A stretch of 64,000 nt of DNA. Source: Bacteroidota bacterium. GTDB lineage: Bacteria > Bacteroidota > Bacteroidia > 2-12-FULL-35-15. Both the position numbers and the translations under genes were made by a program. The first letter of the stretch is position 1. The number at the start of each line of letters is the position of its first letter. The notes below the pieces were generated by a model. It was not told the origin of the DNA and did no database searches. It saw nothing but the letters and a program-made list of their open reading frames with translations. Shown here one piece after another: positions 57,150-64,000 of this stretch. The stretch is taken from assembly GCA_947504725.1 (NCBI GenBank), contig CANNHN010000004.1, positions 135,203 to 199,202 of the forward strand. The letters run 5' to 3'.

Positions 57150-59594
57150 ATGAAAAAAGTTTTTATTTTCTCCATTTTTGCTTTCTGTACTTTTAACGCA
57201 ATTGCACAATCTTGTCAGCAAAAACATAGTCCTATTCAATTAGCAAAGTCTCAAGAAAATGATGTTTCTGTTATGGCTTCTAACTTGAGAAGCGACACCA
57301 TTGATATTTTGAATTATACTATCAATTTGAATATTACTGATTTTACAACCAATATCATTCATGGAAATACGGCAGTAAAATTTACTCCGAAAGTAAACGG
57401 TGTAACTACTTTGAGTTTGGATTTGTTAGAACTCAATATCGATTCGATTGAAATCGGTAGTGTGAATCTATTGACAAGTGAATATAGTTATAACGATACT
57501 TTGTTGAATATCAGTTTGCCAACTATACATAACATTGGTGATACTACAACGCTTGTTGTCTATTACAGAGGAACTCCGCAAGGTGATGCTTCTGGTTGGG
57601 GGGGATTTTATTTTCAAAGCGGTTATGCTTATAATTTAGGTGTTGGATTTGCTGCTCTGCCACATGTTTACGGTAGAGTCTGGTTTCCATGTTTCGACAA
57701 CTTTGTAGAGCGTTCTACTTATGAATTCAACATTACTACAAATGCTGGAAAAATCGCTTATTGCAATGGTAACCTTGCAAATGATACAACTGATGGAGGA
57801 GGAAATAGAACTCGCAGATGGATTATGAATGAAAAAATTCCTACCTATCTTGCTTGTGTTGCTGTTGCAAATTACACACAAATCAATCAATCGTATGCTG
57901 GACTTTTAGGAACACTTCCAATTGTAATTGCTGCTGTACCTGCAGATACATCTGCAATTAAAAATTCATTCATTAATTTGCCAGTTGCTCTTTCTACTTA
58001 CGAAAATCATTTTGGTCCTTACATGTGGAACAAAGTTGGATATAGTATGGTTCCATTTAGTTCGGGAGCAATGGAACATGCTTCAAACATTACTTATCCA
58101 AAAGCATTTGCTACAGGTTCAACAACATATCAAAATTTATATGCTCACGAATTATCTCACCATTGGTTTGGTGATTTAGCAACTTGTCGAACTGCTGAAG
58201 ACATGTGGCTAAACGAAGGCTGGGCACACTATTGTGAGTTTTTGTTTTTTGAAACATTAAATGGTTACCCGAACTATTTATCTTACGTAAGAAACAATCA
58301 CGAACCGAATTTGCAATTCAATACCGTTAAAGAAGGTGCTTTAGCACTTTCAAATATTCCTCAATCAGTAACGTATGGGGATCACGTTTATAATAAAGGA
58401 GCTGATATTGCTCACACAATGCGTGGTTATATGGGCGATAGTTTGTTTTTCTACTCTGTAAAAACATATCTGGCAAACAATAATTACAAAGATGTTTCCA
58501 GTACCGATTTTATGAATGAACTAACAGCAGCAAGTGGAATGAATATGAGCGACTTCTTTAACGGTTGGGTATTCAATCCGGGATGGCCTCATTTCTCAAT
58601 CGATTCAACGGTTGTTGTTCCTAGCGGTCCGAATTTTGATGTTACTGTATTTGTAAAACAAAAACTTACGGACGCTCCTGCGTATTATAATAACGTTCCA
58701 TTAGAAGTAACGTTTAAAGATGCGAGCTGGCTCGAGAACACTCAAAGTCTGATGATGTCAGGTGCAAATTCTTCTTTTACTTTTTCTGTTCCTTTTGATC
58801 CTAAATTTGTTGCAATTAATAAAGGTGAAAAAATTAGTCATGCAGTAGCTCCCGAATTCAAGACAATTAAAGTGACTGGAGGAGCATCTTTTCCTAATGC
58901 AAAATTTTCCATGAATGTTTTAAATATTGTCGATTCGGCATTCATTCGTGTAGAGCATAATTATACTGCACCAGATCCTGCTTATGCTATTCCGTATCGT
59001 TTGTCGCCAAACCGATATTGGAAAGTGGATGGAATTTTGCCTTCAACTTTCAGTGCTAAAGCGACTCTTCTTTATGATGGAAGAACAACATCTTTTTCAG
59101 GAAATTATTGGCTGGATAATAACTTAATTACCACTTTCGAAGATAGTTTAGTTTTACTTTATCGTCCGAATGCTTCTGTTAACTGGAGTGTTTATCCTTA
59201 TCAGACAAAAAACATGCAAGCCAACAATAATGATAAACGTGGAATTATGACAATTGACTCTTTACAGTTAGGCGAATATGTTTTTGCAATGATGGATTAT
59301 GCATCTGGAATTCAAAACTATGCCTCCTCATCTGCTAATAATACATTGGTGGTTTTTCCAAATCCTGCAAAAGATAAGATTACCATTGACTTTATCGCAT
59401 CCAACATAAACCTTTCTGATAATTCATTGTTAGTAATTACAGATATATCTGGGAAAATTATCTCCAAAGAAAAAGTAAGTCAACAACAAACAATGACTAT
59501 CAACACTTCCACTTATTCAAATGGATTGTATTTTGTTTCTATAAAAACGAAAGATGGTATTGTAGCAAAAAATAGATTTATTGTTGCACATTAA
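57150..59594 (+). CDS. M1-family zinc metallopeptidase (aminopeptidase N-like) with T9SS C-terminal sorting domain
   Basis: HELSHHWFGD...NEGWAHY (HEXXH-E) and GAMEH (a GAMEN variant). The C-terminus VVFPNPAKDKITIDF...GLYFVSIKTK is a T9SS CTD. Confidence 0.8.
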   Translation: MKKVFIFSIFAFCTFNAIAQSCQQKHSPIQLAKSQENDVSVMASNLRSDTIDILNYTINLNITDFTTNIIHGNTAVKFTPKVNGVTTLSLDLLELNIDSIEIGSVNLLTSEYSYNDTLLNISLPTIHNIGDTTTLVVYYRGTPQGDASGWGGFYFQSGYAYNLGVGFAALPHVYGRVWFPCFDNFVERSTYEFNITTNAGKIAYCNGNLANDTTDGGGNRTRRWIMNEKIPTYLACVAVANYTQINQSYAGLLGTLPIVIAAVPADTSAIKNSFINLPVALSTYENHFGPYMWNKVGYSMVPFSSGAMEHASNITYPKAFATGSTTYQNLYAHELSHHWFGDLATCRTAEDMWLNEGWAHYCEFLFFETLNGYPNYLSYVRNNHEPNLQFNTVKEGALALSNIPQSVTYGDHVYNKGADIAHTMRGYMGDSLFFYSVKTYLANNNYKDVSSTDFMNELTAASGMNMSDFFNGWVFNPGWPHFSIDSTVVVPSGPNFDVTVFVKQKLTDAPAYYNNVPLEVTFKDASWLENTQSLMMSGANSSFTFSVPFDPKFVAINKGEKISHAVAPEFKTIKVTGGASFPNAKFSMNVLNIVDSAFIRVEHNYTAPDPAYAIPYRLSPNRYWKVDGILPSTFSAKATLLYDGRTTSFSGNYWLDNNLITTFEDSLVLLYRPNASVNWSVYPYQTKNMQANNNDKRGIMTIDSLQLGEYVFAMMDYASGIQNYASSSANNTLVVFPNPAKDKITIDFIASNINLSDNSLLVITDISGKIISKEKVSQQQTMTINTSTYSNGLYFVSIKTKDGIVAKNRFIVAH

Positions 59595-59625
59595 TTGTTT
59601 TAAAATTATACGTTAAATATTAGTA

Positions 59626-59678
59626 TTCGACTTCGCTCACACTGACAATCGTGTTGTCACACTGAGTGGATTCGAAGT
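59626..59678. repeat. REP-like hairpin, subfamily B (cgacttcgctcacactgacaa / ttgtcacactgagtggattcgaag)
   Basis: Inverted repeat between the M1 peptidase gene and the UbiD-family gene. Confidence 0.65.
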
Positions 59679-59692
59679 GCTTACGAAGACAT

Positions 59693-61519
59693 ATGGGATA
59701 CAAGAGTACGCAAGAGTGCATTGACGATTTAGAAAAACATGGACATCTTATTCGAATAAAAGAAGAAGTTAGTTCTGATATAGAAATGGCTGCCATTCAC
59801 CTACGAGTGTTTGAAAATAACGGCCCTGCTATTTTATTTGAAAATATTAAGGATTGCAAATTCAAAGCTGTTTCTAATTTATACGGATCAGTTGATAGAA
59901 GTAAATTTATTTTCAGAGATACGATTGAGAAAATAAAAATTCTCATCGATTTGAAAAACAACCCGATGGAAGCCATCAAGCATCCATTCAAGTATGCGAA
60001 TGTTGGAATGACTGCATTTTCAGCACTTCCAAAAAAATCAAGATTCTCAAACCCTGTTTTGCAAAATCAAACGACCCTTTCATCGTTGCCGCAAATTAAA
60101 TGCTGGCCAAACGATGGTGGAGCGTTTGTAACACTTCCTTTGGTTTATTCCGAAGACATTGACAAGCCAGGAGTGATGAATTCCAATTTGGGAATGTATC
60201 GGATTCAAATAAGCGGAAACGATTATGTGAAAGACAAAGAAGTTGGTTTGCATTATCAATTGCATCGTGGAATAGGTGTTCACCAAACAAAATCAAATGC
60301 AAAAAACAAACCTTTGAAAGTAAGTATTTTTGTCGGTGGTCCACCATCACTTACTTTAGGTGCCGTTATGCCTTTACCCGAAGGAATGAGTGAACTTACT
60401 TTTGCTGGAGCACTAGGGAATAGAAGAATCAGATATACTTACGAAGATGATTTTTGCATTGCTTCTGATGCTGATTTTGTAATTACAGGAGAAGTTTATC
60501 CAAACGAAAATAAACCTGAAGGTCCGTTTGGTGATCATTTAGGTTACTATAGTTTAAAACATGATTTTCCTTTGATGCGTGTGCACAAAGTGTATCACCG
60601 CAACAATGCCATTTGGCCATTCACAGTTGTCGGCCGCCCTCCACAAGAAGATACCAGCTTCGGTGCATTGATTCATGAGATTACTGGAAATGCGATTCCA
60701 AATGAAATTCCTGGATTAAAAGATGTACATGCTGTGGATGCTTCAGGAGTTCATCCTTTGTTATTGGCAATTGGAAGTGAACGTTATACTCCCTATAACA
60801 ATGAACGTAAACCACAAGAAATTTTAACCATTGCCAATCACATTCTTGGGAAAGGACAATTAAGTCTGGCAAAATATTTATTCATCATTGCAGGTGAAGA
60901 CAATCCAAAATTAACAACTCACGATGTCGCAGATTTTTTCATGCATGTATTGGAGCGAGTTGATTGGACCAGAGATTTACATTTTCATACACGCACTTCT
61001 ATTGACACCTTGGATTATAGCGGAGATGGATTAAACAGTGGAAGTAAAGTGGTAATTGCAGCAGCGGGAGAAAAGAAAAGAGAATTAGGGACAAGTCTAC
61101 CAGAATTAAATTTACCAGATGGTTTTAAAAATTCAAAAGTTGTAATGCCAGGAATTATTGCTATTCAAGGAAATAAATTTGTGGATGCTACGACTGCTGA
61201 AAAAGGTATTTTAGATCTTACATCTCACATCAAACATCTCACATCTTTTCCCTTGGTAATTATATGTGACGACTCCGATTTTCTTTCTAAGAATTTAAAC
61301 AATTTTCTTTGGGCAACCTTCACACGAAGTAATCCTTCACACGATATTCACGGTGTAGATAGTTTTGTAGAAAACAAACATTGGGGTTGTAAAGGTTCAC
61401 TTATTATTGACGCTCGTGTAAAACCACATCATGCACCTCCTTTGGTGAAAGACCCTGAAATTGAAAAGCGAGTTGATGCTATGGGTGTGAAAGGGAAATC
61501 TTTGTTTGGGATAATCTAA
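59693..61519 (+). CDS. UbiD-family decarboxylase (menaquinone/ubiquinone biosynthesis decarboxylase-like)
   Basis: MGYKSTQECIDDLEKHGHLIRI N-terminus and a conserved UbiD core. I chose the ATG at 59693 over the GTG at 59666. Confidence 0.8.
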   Translation: MGYKSTQECIDDLEKHGHLIRIKEEVSSDIEMAAIHLRVFENNGPAILFENIKDCKFKAVSNLYGSVDRSKFIFRDTIEKIKILIDLKNNPMEAIKHPFKYANVGMTAFSALPKKSRFSNPVLQNQTTLSSLPQIKCWPNDGGAFVTLPLVYSEDIDKPGVMNSNLGMYRIQISGNDYVKDKEVGLHYQLHRGIGVHQTKSNAKNKPLKVSIFVGGPPSLTLGAVMPLPEGMSELTFAGALGNRRIRYTYEDDFCIASDADFVITGEVYPNENKPEGPFGDHLGYYSLKHDFPLMRVHKVYHRNNAIWPFTVVGRPPQEDTSFGALIHEITGNAIPNEIPGLKDVHAVDASGVHPLLLAIGSERYTPYNNERKPQEILTIANHILGKGQLSLAKYLFIIAGEDNPKLTTHDVADFFMHVLERVDWTRDLHFHTRTSIDTLDYSGDGLNSGSKVVIAAAGEKKRELGTSLPELNLPDGFKNSKVVMPGIIAIQGNKFVDATTAEKGILDLTSHIKHLTSFPLVIICDDSDFLSKNLNNFLWATFTRSNPSHDIHGVDSFVENKHWGCKGSLIIDARVKPHHAPPLVKDPEIEKRVDAMGVKGKSLFGII

Positions 61520-61523
61520 AAAT

Positions 61524-62048
61524 TTACTTTCCGCCAGCTGGATTTATGTTGATATAATCTTCCAGTTTTCCTTCATCTTCCATGGGTACAATTTTATTTT
61601 TGGCTATGCAGTAATCTTTTAATTTTTCTGCACCACGAATTTGAGGTTTGGTTAGCTTTTTCTTCAAATAAACATCTACAATATCGATGGCCTCTTCAAA
61701 TTTATCATTGTAGTGATAGGCAAGTGCAACATAGTATTCAATATCTTCAGCACTTTTATTGTTTTTATAAACATCTAATAGAAGTTGCAAGCCACGAGCA
61801 TATTCTTCAGGTTTAACTAACGAGCATATTCCTACCATGTATTTAAAGCGAAAATCGTCTGGATGATTTTTTAAAAGCTGATTTAAAAAAGGGAATGCCA
61901 TATTAAAATTTAAATCATCGAACATATCTTGACCTACATTTAATGAGTCAAGTTCTGAAGGTCTCAGTTTTGAAGCTTTGTCAGGAGATTGTGAAAAAGC
62001 ATTTGAGATTACGAATGTAAAAAAAAGTAATATAAATTTGATTTTCAT
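61524..62048 (-). CDS. TPR-repeat secreted protein
   Basis: Signal peptide and TPR-like helices (..YYVALAYHYNDKFEEAIDI..). Confidence 0.45.
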   Translation of the reverse strand: MKIKFILLFFTFVISNAFSQSPDKASKLRPSELDSLNVGQDMFDDLNFNMAFPFLNQLLKNHPDDFRFKYMVGICSLVKPEEYARGLQLLLDVYKNNKSAEDIEYYVALAYHYNDKFEEAIDIVDVYLKKKLTKPQIRGAEKLKDYCIAKNKIVPMEDEGKLEDYININPAGGK

Positions 62049-62202
62049 AGTTTAGAGATTACGATATCAATCTGTTAAATGTAAAGAAAAATTCAATCAA
62101 AAAAAGATTTCAAGTTTATGGAATAATCAGATGGTTGAACTGTCCGTGAAATAAGGGTAAACAGATGATAATCGTAACTTTAAAAAGATTTTTTTAATAA
62201 AA

Positions 62203-62229
62203 GAAACCCCGAAGTAAATTCGGGGTTTC
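62203..62229 (-). terminator. Rho-independent terminator of gltA (gaaaccccgaa gtaaa ttcggggtttc, T-run on the minus strand)
   Basis: Perfect 11-bp stem immediately 3' of the gltA stop. Confidence 0.7.
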
Positions 62230-62231
62230 TG

Positions 62232-63566
62232 TTATGCTTTTGTTGCAGCTTCGGCTGCAGCAATTTTCTTTTTGATGCCTTCAGTAGTGATAGAACCTGG
62301 TCGTTCGATTGGGTGACCTAATGCTCTGTCCCAAATCAAAGATGCTAGTACTCCAAGTGAACGAGAAACTCCGAATAATACAGTATAGAATTCATGTTCC
62401 ACCATTCCGTAATGTGTCAACAACACACCAGAGTGTGAATCTACATTTGGCCAAGGATTTTTAATTTTTCCTGTGCTCTCTAAAATTGGAGGAGCTACTT
62501 TGTAAACCATTTGTACGATTTCACATAAGTCATCAGCCCCTTGTGGTTTGATATAGCGATAGTAGAAATCTTGTTGAGCAGCAAAACGTGGATCTGTTTT
62601 GCGCAACACAGCGTGTCCGTATCCTGGAACAACTTTTCCGTCTGCTAAAGTTTTTTTGATGTACTCTTCAATTTGTTTTTCAGTTGGTAATCCTCCACCT
62701 AATTCTTCGCGCAATTCTAAGATCCAACTCAAAACTTCTTGATTCGCTAATCCGTGTAATGGTCCAGCCAATCCATTCATTCCTGCAGCAAATGCCAAAT
62801 AAGGATCGCTCAATGCAGAGCCGACTAAATGTGTGGTATGTGCAGAAACGTTTCCTCCTTCATGATCCACGTGAATAGTCATGTACATGCGCATCAAACG
62901 TTTCATGTCGAATGATTCGTAACCTAGCATGTGTGCAAGGTTTGCTGCCCAATCCAATTTTGGATCCGGTTCAATGTGTTCTCCGTTTTTATATTTTCTA
63001 CGATAAATGTATGCAGCGATACGAGGTAAGCGTGCAATTAAATTCATCGAATCTTCGTAAGTATAATCCCAATAATCTTTTTTGCTAATTCCTTTTTTAT
63101 AAGCTGCTGCAAAAACAGATTCCGTTTGCATTGCCATAATCGCCATAACAAATTGCGTCATTGGATGTGTTGATGCTGGCATTTTATCCAATACATCAAA
63201 AACATGTTTTGGAACAATCGCTCTGCGTGCCCACATATTTCCCATACTCAAAACATCTTCTTGAGTAGGAAGTTCTCCTAACAACATTAAATAGAAAATT
63301 CCTTCAGGCAATGGTTCTGTTCCACCTGGAGCTTTTGGAAGTTTTTCTCGTAATTCGGGAATTGAATATCCGCGAAAGCGAATACCTTCTTCTGGATCAA
63401 GTTTTGAGGTTTCGGTCACTAAACCTACGATGCCTTTCATTCCTTGATACACTTGAGCAACTGTATACTCACCTAACTTTACATCACCTTTTTCTTTGAT
63501 GATTTTTTTTACCTCAGCAGCCATAGGGCCTGCTTTTTCCGCAAGTTTTTCTTTTAATGAATCCAT
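62232..63566 (-). CDS. gltA: Citrate synthase
   Basis: Motif GYGHAVLRKTDPR and a conserved His/Asp catalytic context. 444 aa. Confidence 0.9.
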   Translation of the reverse strand: MDSLKEKLAEKAGPMAAEVKKIIKEKGDVKLGEYTVAQVYQGMKGIVGLVTETSKLDPEEGIRFRGYSIPELREKLPKAPGGTEPLPEGIFYLMLLGELPTQEDVLSMGNMWARRAIVPKHVFDVLDKMPASTHPMTQFVMAIMAMQTESVFAAAYKKGISKKDYWDYTYEDSMNLIARLPRIAAYIYRRKYKNGEHIEPDPKLDWAANLAHMLGYESFDMKRLMRMYMTIHVDHEGGNVSAHTTHLVGSALSDPYLAFAAGMNGLAGPLHGLANQEVLSWILELREELGGGLPTEKQIEEYIKKTLADGKVVPGYGHAVLRKTDPRFAAQQDFYYRYIKPQGADDLCEIVQMVYKVAPPILESTGKIKNPWPNVDSHSGVLLTHYGMVEHEFYTVLFGVSRSLGVLASLIWDRALGHPIERPGSITTEGIKKKIAAAEAATKA

Positions 63567-63703
63567 GATTTTTATGAATTTTAGTCGTGCAATTCTTATT
63601 CCCGAAAGATAAAAGGATTTTGTGAGAATAAAAACAATCTTACATGAAATTTATATGAAATTGTTTTAAAGGAGCAATATTCTATGATACTTTCGATTAG
63701 AAC

Positions 63704-63786
63704 GTCATTGCGAGGAACGAAGCAATCTCTCCATATTTGTGGCGCATCAGCCATTCATGAGAGACTGCTTCGTTCCTCGCAGTGAC
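63704..63786. repeat. Palindromic intergenic repeat, subfamily A, copy 2 (gtcattgcgaggaacgaagcaatctctc / gagagactgcttcgttcctcgcagtgac)
   Basis: Second copy of the 6207..6288 element. It lies 3' of eno and upstream of gltA. Confidence 0.7.
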
Positions 63787-63823
63787 GCTTTTGATAGGCC
63801 TTTTCCTTAAGCTAAGGCTTCAA

Positions 63824-64000
<177 letters not shown>

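Overview
This 64 kb window is a low-GC chromosomal segment that looks like Bacteroidota (Flavobacteriia/Sphingobacteriia-like). It is mostly housekeeping genes interleaved with cell-envelope and type IX secretion (T9SS) functions.

Recognisable genes: acyl-CoA dehydrogenase, anmK, a tonB-exbB-exbD-tonB block, folC, recG, tex, a MutS-family ATPase, pheT, rmuC, rlmB, a UbiD-family decarboxylase, gltA, eno (partial), cdd, pdhA plus E2 of pyruvate dehydrogenase, and ispF.

A T9SS core block reads gldJ-like lipoprotein, PorP/SprF, PorU (C25 peptidase), PorV. Several predicted T9SS cargo proteins are also present: two CotH kinase-family proteins, an M1 aminopeptidase and a 619-aa protein, each with a T9SS-like C-terminal sorting domain.

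I saw no rRNA, tRNA, CRISPR array, transposase or integrase.

The most interesting feature is a tightly packed, co-directional 10-gene minus-strand cluster at about 16.3-26.4 kb. It contains two secreted CotH atypical-kinase proteins, a LytS/LytTR two-component pair, tandem paralogous lipoproteins, and a VTC (polyphosphate-polymerase-like) / DUF4956-like / DUF2490-like trio. I propose this as a candidate uncharacterised envelope system.

Two families of small repeats are also present:
- REP-like palindromic elements sit at the 3' ends of many genes. One exact 23-nt arm is embedded inside the pdhC linker coding sequence.
- Two copies of an approximately 200-bp element with terminal inverted repeats ('aacacatagacacatag' ... 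'ctatgtgtctatgtgtt') bracket the tex/mutS-family gene pair.

The ORF track uses TTG/GTG starts in several places. I trimmed those to the downstream ATG where a signal peptide or conserved N-terminus supports it.
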